Numbered from the stretch's first letter, positions 28,101-35,790 are shown. The stretch: DNA of 64,000 bases from Oscillospiraceae bacterium (GCA_015067705.1 SVLW01000001.1:8653-72652); one strand, 5' to 3'. Translations and numbers: made by a program. The notes: generated from the letters alone by a model not told the origin.

Positions 28101-28736
28101 AAAGGACGATTTGCCGATGAAGAGGCCGCCGAACAGGCGGTGCAGCAGCTGCCGACGGCAGCCATGCCGTTCCGGCGGCCCAGATTCATCCGGGATCGCG
28201 GCCTCACCGGCGCGGAGCGGGGCACGGCGCTGCATCTGGTGATGCAGTTCATCGACTTCGCCGCCTGCGGCAGCGAGGAGAGCATCCGGCAGGAGGTGGA
28301 ATCCCTGCGCCAGCGGCGTTTCCTCACGGAGGAACAGGCGGAAGTCATCGACGTCAGAAAGATCGCGGTCTTTTTCCGCTCGCCCCTGGGGCAGCGGCTG
28401 ATGGCTTCATCGGGGATTTACCGGGAGTTCAAGTTCTCCCTGCTGGCTCCGGCGGAACTGGCGAAGAATCCGGCGGCTCTGGCCCGCATCCCAACCGCGG
28501 AAGAGGACACCATCCTCTTCCAGGGCGTCATTGACTGCTATTTCGAGGAGGGTGACGGTCTGGTGTTGTTGGATTTCAAGACGGACTTCGTATTGCCGGG
28601 ACAGGAGGCGCTTCTGGCGGATCGCTATCGCCCCCAGCTCTCCGCATACGCCATCGCCCTGAAGCGCATCACCGGAAAACCGGTACGGGAACAGCATCTC
28701 TATCTCTTCCACCCGGATCTGGATCTGATGCTTTGA
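25164..28736 (+). CDS. addA: ATP-dependent helicase/nuclease subunit A (AddA)
   Basis: UvrD/Rep motifs are present (WTEGQLNAI, VSAAAGSGKTAVLVERV, VDEYQDTN, FMVGDIKQSIYSFR, TIHKSKGLEFP-like MSIHKSKGLEFP, YVAMTRAKEKL). A C-terminal RecB-type nuclease follows (GVIDCYF...LLDFKTD). It overlaps addB by 20 nt. Confidence 0.9.
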   Translation: MAVNWTEGQLNAITRRGGALLVSAAAGSGKTAVLVERVIRRILDENDPCSIDEFLIVTFTKAAAAEMKAKIADALTAKLLDDPGSRRLRRQLSLLDRAQITTVHSFCAYLLRENFQAAGLAPDFRVADEDEIAMLRDTVLDEMIEERYEAEENAGFLMLVEALSAMRDDTRLRSVLMETYEKVQSHPYPEKWLSEMAAAEPEEDPITGVYGRIVMESILSRCRWSLLMLEEAVLRFAEYPPVEKAYGKAFAADLENLRQLIALLKDGDWDAAADFANHIAFARLGAVRGFEDPVLLELIKAPRDTWKKTLATLCRDYFGFSRAQLSADMAAVRPYGEVLLSLVSEFIQRLDAEKRMRGIVDFGDLEHLTVRMLLGEDGREPTPMAHALSARYTEIMVDEYQDTNDVQDAIFRALSREERNLFMVGDIKQSIYSFRLANPEVFLRKYLSYQDDPPAGEPCRIVLAQNFRSRREVTESVNYIFEKIMSTDLGDVTYGEAERLVPGAAYPAGEGYESELCLVETEEEGELSSAEADAAYVAGRIREMLDQGFPVYDRNLDAMRPCRAEDFAILLRSVKSKAGFYEAALARAGISALQDVGAELFSSPDVMILMSLIDVLDNPEQDIPLASLMRSPLYGFTADELAQIRAAHREGSFLQAVQEMATCEDALGLRCRGMLDALSALRRSAADLSADRLVLRILHETRLEAVCSHLTEGGGMIRAFLEQAQRFERAGYCGLYRFAQMMRTLRERGCEVAAAPSEASAVRIMSIHKSKGLEFPIVFLANCAQRFNTRDLTEPVLIHPTLGAGFRRRQLTRRIEYPTLPRLAIALQAKREMLSEEERILYVAMTRAKEKLIVTAPVKNAAELAAKLYPDACSDPIPPQMLLNCAGILPWVLVPLLRLPTAAHLLAEGGIAAAFPDREDHAWMLRKVRPTAAKPRAAREDAPAEALPYEEEELAVRLRYEYPYGAAADLPSKLTATALKGRFADEEAAEQAVQQLPTAAMPFRRPRFIRDRGLTGAERGTALHLVMQFIDFAACGSEESIRQEVESLRQRRFLTEEQAEVIDVRKIAVFFRSPLGQRLMASSGIYREFKFSLLAPAELAKNPAALARIPTAEEDTILFQGVIDCYFEEGDGLVLLDFKTDFVLPGQEALLADRYRPQLSAYAIALKRITGKPVREQHLYLFHPDLDLML

Positions 28737-28880
28737 TATTATGTAAATCCGGTTATTGTATTCCGAAGATTGGAATACTAATTTATGTAAACTATATTTC
28801 TAAAAAATATTGTTTTAAGCAGCACTTTACATATTATGTAAACTTAATATGTAGTTCATACATTGTATTCCATTAAACAC

Positions 28881-28913
28881 AAAAAAGCGAGCCTGCAGAT
28901 TCTATCTGCAGGC
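28881..28913 (-). terminator. Terminator of abrB
   Basis: On the minus strand, GCCTGCAGA-tagaa-TCTGCAGGC is followed by TCGCTTTTTT. Confidence 0.8.
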
Positions 28914-28925
28914 CCGTTTGCGTTC

Positions 28926-29171
28926 TTACAGTTCCAGGATGCCCTTGGCACAATCTGTGCAAATGCACTTTCCCTTATAGTGATGCACATCCACAGCACT
29001 GCCGCAGAATACACAGGTGGGCTGGTATTTCTTCAGAACAATGGTGTCATTGCCCTCGATGTATATTTCCAGCTGATCGCGCTCCGCGATGTCCAGCGTA
29101 CGACGCAGCTCGATGGGCAGCACAATTCGGCCCAGCTCGTCCACTTTTCTCACAATACCGGTTGATTTCAC
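28926..29171 (-). CDS. abrB: AbrB-family transition-state regulator with a C-terminal Cys4 tail
   Basis: VKSTGIVRKVDELGRIVLPIELRRTLDIAERDQLEIYIEGNDTIVLKKY is near-identical to the B. subtilis AbrB N-domain. GTG 29171 has GAAGGGGGA 6 nt upstream. The C-terminus is CVFCGS...CICTDC. Confidence 0.85.
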   Translation of the reverse strand: MKSTGIVRKVDELGRIVLPIELRRTLDIAERDQLEIYIEGNDTIVLKKYQPTCVFCGSAVDVHHYKGKCICTDCAKGILEL

Positions 29172-29294
29172 GGTGAGTCCCCCTTCATGAATACTGACTA
29201 TCTGGTGATAAGTATAATCACTTTTTACCATATAGTCAACAGATTTTCCTTATTTTTTAGATATAAACGTAAAAATGTTGAAATAATCGCATAT

Positions 29295-29366
29295 TTCGAC
29301 AAATTAATATTCTATTTGTTTTTGCTGGTTTTTTTCGTTTTATTTGTTTATCGACACATTTCGACG
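29295..29366 (-). promoter_or_regulatory. Spo0A-box cluster upstream of abrB
   Basis: The plus strand carries TTCGACA (29295-29301, a perfect complement of the TGTCGAA 0A box). It also carries ATCGACA (29350-29356) and TTCGACG (29360-29366), spaced 10 bp apart. The cluster lies 120-195 nt upstream of the abrB start. Confidence 0.5.
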
Positions 29367-29525
29367 CGAAATCCCCTTTATTTTGCATCGTAAAATATAC
29401 GATATTTTTCTCTCATGTTTTTTGCGTTATGATTTGTTGAATATGCCGGAAATGAGAGATTCGATTGCCTCTTGTCCCTTTCCCCGACTTATGCTAGAAT
29501 ACTCATAAAACAGGAGGTATTTCAT

Positions 29526-30149
29526 ATGAAAGTGTTATTGTTAAACGGCAGTCCTCACAAAAACGGCACTACCTTTGCGGCGCTCTCCGAAGTGGCCGCC
29601 ACATTGGAGGCACAGGGGATCGAGGCCGAGATCTTCCATGTGGGCAACGGGCCCATCCATGGCTGTATCGGCTGCGGCCGCTGTAAGGACGCCGGCAAGT
29701 GCGTCTATCAGGACGACATCGTGAATGTGATCATCGAAAAGGCCAAGGAGGCCGACGGCTTTATCTTCGGCGCGCCGGTGCATTACGCCGGTCCTGCGGG
29801 CATCATGCACACGGTTCTCGATCGTGTCTTCTATGCCGGCAGCTATGCCTTTGCCTATAAGCCCGGTGCAGCTGTGGTTTGCTGCCGCCGCGGCGGCGCC
29901 ACCGCATCCTTTGATTCCCTCAATAAGTATTTTACCATCGCCAATATGCCGGTGGTTCCCTCCCAGTATTGGAACATGGTGCACGGCGCCAACGCCGAAG
30001 ACGCCAAAAAGGACGCCGAGGGCATGCAGACCATGCGCACCCTGGCCCGCAATATGGCATGGATGCTGCGCTGCTTCCAGGCCGGCCGCGATGCAGGCAT
30101 CGCGCTCCCCGAAAAAGAACCCGCCCAGCGCACCAATTTCATCCGCTGA
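29526..30149 (+). CDS. NADPH-dependent FMN reductase / iron-sulfur flavoprotein family
   Basis: MKVLLLNGSPHKNGTT, a Cys cluster HGCIGCGRCKDAGKC, and GFIFGAPVHYAG. AGGAGG lies 8 nt upstream of ATG 29526. Confidence 0.75.
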   Translation: MKVLLLNGSPHKNGTTFAALSEVAATLEAQGIEAEIFHVGNGPIHGCIGCGRCKDAGKCVYQDDIVNVIIEKAKEADGFIFGAPVHYAGPAGIMHTVLDRVFYAGSYAFAYKPGAAVVCCRRGGATASFDSLNKYFTIANMPVVPSQYWNMVHGANAEDAKKDAEGMQTMRTLARNMAWMLRCFQAGRDAGIALPEKEPAQRTNFIR

Positions 30150-30153
30150 ACAG

Positions 30154-30197
30154 AAAAAAATCCCGGTTTCAATCGCTTGGTTGAAACCGGGATTTTA
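30154..30197. terminator. Bidirectional terminator
   Basis: AAAAAAATCCCGGTTTCAA-tcgcttgg-TTGAAACCGGGATTTT, located between convergent genes. Confidence 0.8.
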
Positions 30198-30207
30198 TCA
30201 TGCCATT

Positions 30208-30846
30208 TTACAGAGATTCCAGCAGGCGGATCGCTGCCTCGGCGGCAGTGGCGGCATCCGGTGCATAGGCGTCTGCGCCGATGGAGTCGCAGAAGCTCTG
30301 GGTAATGGGCGCGCCGCCCACCATCACCTTGATCTTGTCCTGCAGACCGCGTTCCTTCACGATCTCCACCACACGACGCATCTCGCCCATGGTGGTGGTC
30401 AGAAGAGCAGAGCAGCAGATCAGCTGTGCATTGTTCTCCAGGGCTGCATCCACGAACTTTTCGGCGGGGATATCCACGCCCAGATCGATGGGAGTGATGC
30501 CGCTGCCTTCCAGCATAATGCGGACGATGTTCTTGCCGATATCGTGCAGGTCGCCCTTGACGGTGCCGATGACGGCAACGCCCTTGGCGGTAACGCCGGA
30601 TTCTGCCAGCTTGGGACGCAGAATGTCAAGACCGGCATTCAGGGCGCGGGCGGCGATGAGCACCTCCGGGACAAACACTTCGTTATTCTTAAACTTCTCA
30701 CCGATAACGGCCATACCGCTTAAGAGACCGTCATTCAGGATCACACCGGGCTCGGTGCCTTCGTTCAGAGCCTCTTCCACCAGCTGCTTTACATTGCGTG
30801 CGCGGCCTTTCTGCAGAAACTCACTGATTTCTTCCATGCGTGCCAT
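30208..30846 (-). CDS. Cobalamin-binding corrinoid protein (methyltransferase cognate, MtaC/MtbC-like)
   Basis: An N-terminal helical cap is followed by a Rossmann B12 domain with the DxHxxG motif (GDLHDIGKN), SALLTTT and the C-terminal VMVGGAP. ATG 30846 follows GGAGGAA. Confidence 0.85.
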   Translation of the reverse strand: MARMEEISEFLQKGRARNVKQLVEEALNEGTEPGVILNDGLLSGMAVIGEKFKNNEVFVPEVLIAARALNAGLDILRPKLAESGVTAKGVAVIGTVKGDLHDIGKNIVRIMLEGSGITPIDLGVDIPAEKFVDAALENNAQLICCSALLTTTMGEMRRVVEIVKERGLQDKIKVMVGGAPITQSFCDSIGADAYAPDAATAAEAAIRLLESL

Positions 30847-30937
30847 ATACTGTTCCTCCATACGTTTTGTTTCCTACCATAGTATAAATAGGATACTCCG
30901 GGAAATGATAGCATTATTTTATGATTCTCAGACGATT

Positions 30938-32140
30938 TTACGAATCTTCTGCGTCCTGCGGCACACCCGCAAACAGAGCGCGGTAACGATTGGGCGGCAT
31001 ACCGGTCTCCCGCTTGAAGATCTTCGTAAAATAGCTCTGGTCGCCGAATCCGCACATATCCGCAATATCCACCAAAGGGATCCGGTCATCCTCCAAAAGG
31101 CGCTTGCTCTCCTCGATCCGCACATGATTGATATAGGACGTGAGACTGGTGCCGGTTTCTTCCTTGAAAAGACTGCTGATATAGGAACGGCTCAGGAATA
31201 CCTGGCCGGCCACATCATCCAGCGTGATCCTGCGCTGATAATTGCTTTGAATATACTTGATGATACGGTGCACCGCGTCCGAATGCTTCATCCGGCGGGG
31301 ATCAAAGGCCAGAAGCATGAAATGGTGCATCACATCCGTGAGCCATACGCTCATTTCCTCGATATTGGTAAAGCTCTCGATCCGGGCGAAATACTGGGTG
31401 TTGCTCTGAAGGATCTCTTCTTTGTCCGCACCGGCATCGATCACGGCCCGGGACAGCACCACGATCAACTCCAGCACACGGGATTTGATAATGGATAACT
31501 CGAAATTGCACGAGAAGTAAATATATCCCAGAAGGTCATTGAGCAGGGTCTGGGCGCCGTTGCGGTCAAAGGAAGCCACAAAGGCGCGGAGCTGGCGCTC
31601 ACAATCCAGGAAATACCGGGCGCCGTCCTGTCCCTCCGGTGCATTTTCATAGATCTCACGAGCGGGCAGAATCCGCTGGTGAATGCCCACCGGATGGGCG
31701 GAGCCTGTGAGCTTTTCCGCCAGTGCCGCCAGTACCTCTGAACAGTGCCGCACGCGCGCCGTGGAATAGCTGGGCAGTTCCTCCCGAATAGCCCGGCGGA
31801 GATCCTCCCGGGGCTCCATCACGTCCTCCGGGTCACCCATGACCATAGGCCCCATCACGAGACCGCCGATCATCTCGCCCTTGGCGATCAGGGGCGACGC
31901 GGCAAACACCACGCCCGCGGCGCAATAGGAGATATACTGTCCGCCCCAGCGATAGGCCTCGATACAAGCATAACGGCAGGAGCCCGGAATGTGCGCCGCG
32001 CAATATCCGCAGACAGTACAAAAAGGCGCCTCACCATAGACCTCGCGCCGGTCACAGTCCAGCACGCGCACGTTGACGCCGCTCATCCCCTCGAGATGCT
32101 CTGCTAATTTAATTGCCTGTTTGCGCAGTTCTTCCGTCAT
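30938..32140 (-). CDS. AraC-family transcriptional regulator with an N-terminal PocR-type sensor domain
   Basis: The N-terminal half is Cys-rich and PocR-like (FCTVCGYCAAHIPGSCRYACIEAYRWGGQYISYCAAGVVF). The C-terminal half has a double HTH (ITLDDVAGQVFLSRSYISSLFKEETG...IADMCGFGDQSYFTKIFKRETGMPP). Confidence 0.8.
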   Translation of the reverse strand: MTEELRKQAIKLAEHLEGMSGVNVRVLDCDRREVYGEAPFCTVCGYCAAHIPGSCRYACIEAYRWGGQYISYCAAGVVFAASPLIAKGEMIGGLVMGPMVMGDPEDVMEPREDLRRAIREELPSYSTARVRHCSEVLAALAEKLTGSAHPVGIHQRILPAREIYENAPEGQDGARYFLDCERQLRAFVASFDRNGAQTLLNDLLGYIYFSCNFELSIIKSRVLELIVVLSRAVIDAGADKEEILQSNTQYFARIESFTNIEEMSVWLTDVMHHFMLLAFDPRRMKHSDAVHRIIKYIQSNYQRRITLDDVAGQVFLSRSYISSLFKEETGTSLTSYINHVRIEESKRLLEDDRIPLVDIADMCGFGDQSYFTKIFKRETGMPPNRYRALFAGVPQDAEDS

Positions 32141-32215
32141 GCCGACACCATTTCCGAAAATAGCTTGACTTCCGCTCGACCTTTCACTAAGATACTTCAT
32201 AGGAGGATTGATCCT

Positions 32216-33772
32216 ATGAAACTGACGATTTACCGGGATAACACCCATATAGTATTAGAGTACCGCACTCCGGAACGCTTGTCAACCCTTTTTGCCCGGG
32301 CGGGGATCCCGCTTTCCATGCCCTGCGGCGGACAGCGCCGCTGTCTCAAGTGCCGCGTGATCGCAAAGGGCGCGCTCTCTCCCCTGTCCGAGGAGGAACG
32401 TCGCCTGCTCTCGCCGGAGGAGATCGCCGGGGGCGTGCGCTATGCCTGCATGACGGAGGCATTGGGCGATGCGGAAGTCTGGCTGCCGGACAGCGAACAG
32501 CGCCAGCGTATCCAGGTCAGCGGCAGTCTGCCGCAGCCTGTGGGGGCGTTGGGAGAGCCCGGATACGGCGCGGCCTTTGACATCGGCACCACCACCATTG
32601 CGGCCTATCTCTGCCGCATGGAAAGCGGCGAGATCCTTGCCACCGCCTCCCGGAAAAACCCCCAGGCGGTCTTTGGCGCAGACGTGATCTCCCGGATCAC
32701 CCGCGCCATGGAGGGCGAGGGACAGGCGCTGGCGGACGCCGTGCGGCAGGCGATTGCCGCGCTGCTGGATACCCTTGCCGGGAAGGCCGGGATCCCGCGG
32801 GATGCGATCCGTGCCATGGTGCTCACCGGTAATACTGCCATGGAATATCTGCTCATGGGCTATGATCCCACGGCCATCTCCCGGGCGCCCTTTGCGCCCG
32901 ACCATTTCTTTGGCGTTTTCACCTCCGCCGACCGACTGGGTCTGGGCACGGCGGAGACCACCGTGTATCTCACCCGCTGTATTTCCGCCTATGTGGGCGG
33001 CGATATCACCTCCGGCATTCTGGCCACGCGGATGAAGGACGCGGATGCGCCCGTCCTGCTGGCCGATATCGGCACCAACGGCGAACTGGCGCTTGCCTTT
33101 GGCGGGAAGCTTTTCTGCTGTTCTACGGCGGCTGGGCCCGCCTTTGAAGGTGCGGGCATCTATCAGGGCATGACGGCATCTGACGGGGCCATTTCCCGGG
33201 TCTGGGCGGAGGACGGCGGGCTGCAGTATGAGGTCATCGGCGGCGGAACGCCCCAGGGCATCTGCGGCAGCGGCATCATTGACGCGGTGGCCGCCTGTCT
33301 GGCGCTGGGCTATCTCGACGAGACCGGCGCTATTGACGATCTGTTACCGGACGAGATTTATCGGGAAGTGGATGACCAGCCGGCCATCGTTTTCCCGAAC
33401 TCCGACATCTTGCTGACCCAGAAGGATATCCGCGCGGTACAGCTGGCGAAGTCCGCCATCTGCTCCGGCATGGAAACTCTGCTGGCCGAGGCGGGGCTGT
33501 CGGCAGAGCAGATGGGACAACTTTTGATCGCGGGCGGCTTTGGTACTGTGCTGAATCTGGAAAGCGCCGCGGCCATTGGGCTGATTCCCAAGGCGCTGGC
33601 GGACAAGGCAAGGCCCGTGGGCAACGCCGCCGGCATGGGCGCGATTCTGCAGCTTTTGACCGCAGAAGAGCGTGCGGCGGCCGAGGCACTTGCCGGAAAG
33701 GCCGAAACCCTGGAGCTCTCCACCCACCCGGTATTCCGGGAGGCCTATATTGAGAATATGATGTTTGAATAA
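32216..33772 (+). CDS. Corrinoid reductive activase (RACE/RamA-like; 2Fe-2S ferredoxin plus ASKHA ATPase, DUF4445)
   Basis: The N-terminus has a plant-type ferredoxin Cys pattern (MPCGGQRRCLKCRV...YACM). ASKHA blocks follow (AAFDIGTTTIAAYL, LADIGTNGELA, CSTAAGPAFEG, GICGSGIID). GGAGGA lies 8 nt upstream. Confidence 0.8.
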   Translation: MKLTIYRDNTHIVLEYRTPERLSTLFARAGIPLSMPCGGQRRCLKCRVIAKGALSPLSEEERRLLSPEEIAGGVRYACMTEALGDAEVWLPDSEQRQRIQVSGSLPQPVGALGEPGYGAAFDIGTTTIAAYLCRMESGEILATASRKNPQAVFGADVISRITRAMEGEGQALADAVRQAIAALLDTLAGKAGIPRDAIRAMVLTGNTAMEYLLMGYDPTAISRAPFAPDHFFGVFTSADRLGLGTAETTVYLTRCISAYVGGDITSGILATRMKDADAPVLLADIGTNGELALAFGGKLFCCSTAAGPAFEGAGIYQGMTASDGAISRVWAEDGGLQYEVIGGGTPQGICGSGIIDAVAACLALGYLDETGAIDDLLPDEIYREVDDQPAIVFPNSDILLTQKDIRAVQLAKSAICSGMETLLAEAGLSAEQMGQLLIAGGFGTVLNLESAAAIGLIPKALADKARPVGNAAGMGAILQLLTAEERAAAEALAGKAETLELSTHPVFREAYIENMMFE

Positions 33773-33773
33773 G

Positions 33774-33815
33774 AGCAAACGAGCATCTGGCGAATATGCC
33801 AGATGCTCGTTTGCT
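33774..33815 (+). terminator. Perfect 18-bp stem-loop directly after the activase gene
   Basis: AGCAAACGAGCATCTGGC-gaatat-GCCAGATGCTCGTTTGCT. No clean T-tract follows, so terminator function is inferred from position only. Confidence 0.5.
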
Positions 33816-33931
33816 TATGTGGTTGTACAAATGCTATGCACTGGTACAGTGCGTAGCATTGCGCCCTCACCAAATGGTGGAAAAGTGGTTTTTCGGCCGC
33901 TCGACAAATTGGAAGTTGCCGGTCTATCTGA

Positions 33932-34384
33932 CTAAAATTTATAATACATATAATTTTCATTATGCCGAAAACCAAAAGCTGAATATAATTTAACTCCCAT
34001 ATCTGACGCTGTTATTTGCACTGTACCGCAACCATATTCTTTTGCTTCCTCAACTACACGAGTCAGTAATTCTTTTGCAATACCTTTTCTCCGATAATTA
34101 GGATTCGTAAACATGCTGGACAATATTCCCATTTTACCACTGGGACATCCAAATATAGGAGGTCTTTCCACAAAAGACATTCCACTAGTTCCGATAATTG
34201 TATCACCATCCAAGGCAATCCAAGATACAAAAGTACCATCTGCCATATGTCTCTTGTAATGATCTTTCAGCTCAGGAACTAAATCAATTTCTTCTGCTGC
34301 TCCTTCTTCGCGAAGTTGTTGTATTCTCATACTAATAAAAATATCTAATTCTGCATCAGTAAGTTTTTTATATACTATTTCCAT
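33932..34384 (-). CDS. GNAT-family N-acetyltransferase
   Basis: FTNPNYRRKGIAKELLTRVVEEAKEYG (acetyl-CoA binding motif A, R/Q-x-x-G-x-G/A) and LYSAFGF. GGAGG lies 8 nt upstream of ATG 34384. The gene is visibly AT-rich. Confidence 0.8.
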   Translation of the reverse strand: MEIVYKKLTDAELDIFISMRIQQLREEGAAEEIDLVPELKDHYKRHMADGTFVSWIALDGDTIIGTSGMSFVERPPIFGCPSGKMGILSSMFTNPNYRRKGIAKELLTRVVEEAKEYGCGTVQITASDMGVKLYSAFGFRHNENYMYYKF

Positions 34385-34506
34385 TATAGCAACCTCCACC
34401 TTTAAGCAACTTCAAATTTATCGCTTTCTTCCTATCACAGCAATATCCGAAACAACAAGCCTTGTCTGGCTTGTGCTTTGGATTGTTTCTGATCGTTCGC
34501 TATGAA

Positions 34507-35034
34507 TCAGCTATCGTTACTTTCTTTCCCCATGATGAAGCGCCAGGGGCGGGCCTGGTCTTCCGGGCTGGCGTAGCCGATGCCCACGCGGGGCGCGGTG
34601 CGGACAGCATAGCGGCTGCCGTCGTCGTAAATGGCCAGCCGGGGATCCGTGACGATATCCTCTCCATTGAGGCTGCGATCCAGCTGTAAGGCTTTCGTCA
34701 GGCGGCCGGGGCCGGGCGCATCCACACAGGCGCGGATCAGCACGCCCTGCGGCTCCCCTTCCTCCCCGGTGATCACATTCATCAGATTGTGCATCCCGTA
34801 GCAGAGATAGATATAGATGGTGCCGGGCCTGCGGTAGAGAATCTCCGTGCGGGGCGTACGGCCGCGATGTGCGTGACAGGCGGTGTCCTCCTCGCCGCAA
34901 TAGGCCTCGGTCTCAGAGATCCGAAGGGTCCGTTTGCTGCCATCCGGCAGCGTATGGGTCAAAAGCTTGCCCAGAAGATCCGGCGCCACCTCCAGGGCAT
35001 GGCGATGGAAAAATGCCTCGTCCAGTCTTTTCAT
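34507..35034 (-). CDS. mpg: DNA-3-methyladenine glycosylase (Mpg/AAG family)
   Basis: FFHRHALEVAPDLLGKLL, ISETEAYCGEEDTACHAHRGRTPRTE, GTIYIYLCYGMHNLMNV and GVLIRA. Confidence 0.85.
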   Translation of the reverse strand: MKRLDEAFFHRHALEVAPDLLGKLLTHTLPDGSKRTLRISETEAYCGEEDTACHAHRGRTPRTEILYRRPGTIYIYLCYGMHNLMNVITGEEGEPQGVLIRACVDAPGPGRLTKALQLDRSLNGEDIVTDPRLAIYDDGSRYAVRTAPRVGIGYASPEDQARPWRFIMGKESNDS

Positions 35035-35040
35035 GTCGGT

Positions 35041-35511
35041 TTATTCCCCGTCCCAATAGTCATGGGTATCGTCCTGCAGGAAGATGGCATTATGCTTACT
35101 GCCCCAGACGCCCAGTTTCCCGGAATCGGGATAGAAGCAGAGATCCACGGCGTGATTGGTATCCACGTCCAGATAGCGCAGCACCTCGGTATCGGAGGTG
35201 TTCAAAAGCTTATGGGCGCCGTTTGCGTTCGCGGGAAAATAAATCAGATCGCCGGGGCCGACGACTTCCTCGCCCTCCGGCGTCCGCAGCAGGCCGGTGC
35301 CGCTGATGATATAGAAAAGCTCCTCATTCTGCAGATGGTAGTGATAGGGGCACATGGCATTGCCGGGCTGGAGCTCATAGACGCAGGCCACCATTTGTGC
35401 GCGTTCGCCGTGCTTGACAAAGTGGCGGCGGTCATGGGTATATCCGGGGTGCTCCTCTTTTCTCACAGGCGTGAGGTCATTTACATTGGCTTTGCGGATC
35501 TTGTCCGGCAT
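35041..35511 (-). CDS. Cupin-domain protein
   Basis: The cupin motifs are CPYHYHLQNEELFYIISG and GDLIYFPANANGAHKLLN. The stop lies 6 nt before the mpg start. Confidence 0.7.
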   Translation of the reverse strand: MPDKIRKANVNDLTPVRKEEHPGYTHDRRHFVKHGERAQMVACVYELQPGNAMCPYHYHLQNEELFYIISGTGLLRTPEGEEVVGPGDLIYFPANANGAHKLLNTSDTEVLRYLDVDTNHAVDLCFYPDSGKLGVWGSKHNAIFLQDDTHDYWDGE

Positions 35512-35540
35512 ACGGTCACCTGCTTTCCTGAAATAGATAT

Positions 35541-35575
35541 GAAAAAAGTCCTGCAAGAAACCTTGCAGGACTTTT
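35541..35575 (-). terminator. Terminator downstream of tRNA-Leu
   Basis: AAAAAAGTCCTGCAAG-aaac-CTTGCAGGACTTTTT, which is symmetric and so potentially bidirectional. Confidence 0.8.
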
Positions 35576-35658
35576 TGGTGCGGTCACCGGGACTTGAACC
35601 CGGACGGTTGCCCATACGCCCCTCAAACGTACGCGTCTGCCTATTCCGCCATGACCGC
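35576..35658 (-). tRNA. tRNA-Leu (anticodon GAG)
   Basis: The reverse complement is GCGGTCATGGCGGAATAGGCAGACGCGTACGTTTGAGGGGCGTATGGGCAACCGTCCGGGTTCAAGTCCCGGTGACCGCACCA. It has a 7-bp acceptor stem, an anticodon stem TACGT/GCGTA with loop TTGAGGG, a long variable arm, a GGTTCAAGTCC T-loop and an encoded CCA. Confidence 0.9.
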
Positions 35659-35679
35659 ATATCGCGAACAACAGTGATT

Positions 35680-35708
35680 ATTATAACGGGTAAACCTCGA
35701 TTTGTCAA
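35680..35708 (-). promoter_or_regulatory. Consensus sigma-A promoter of tRNA-Leu
   Basis: Minus strand: TTGACA (35708-35703), 17 nt, TATAAT (35685-35680), about 20 nt upstream of the tRNA 5' end. Confidence 0.75.
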
Positions 35709-35756
35709 GCCTTTTTCCTGAATTTTTTCAAAAAATCCGGGAAGCCCTTCGGAGGG

Positions 35757-35790
35757 ACAAAACACCCGGCACAAGGCTTTGTGCCGGGTG
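35757..35790 (-). terminator. Terminator after udg
   Basis: Minus strand: CACCCGGCACAA-agcc-TTGTGCCGGGTG followed by TTTTG. Confidence 0.8.

Noticed and set aside
28739-28842. The TTATGTAAA repeats as DnaA boxes, or as an origin-like element.
   Set aside because: They differ from TTATCCACA at two informative positions. There are only three copies. No dnaA or dnaN context or AT-rich unwinding-element pattern is present.
30847-30937. A possible cobalamin riboswitch upstream of the corrinoid protein gene.
   Set aside because: The spacer is only about 90 nt and lacks the B12-box (GCCACTG-like) and the multi-helix core. It is too short for the riboswitch.
33796-33993. The 65-aa plus-strand ORF in the AT-rich spacer.
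   Set aside because: It has no RBS, overlaps the 3' end of the GNAT gene on the opposite strand, and its sequence is not protein-like.
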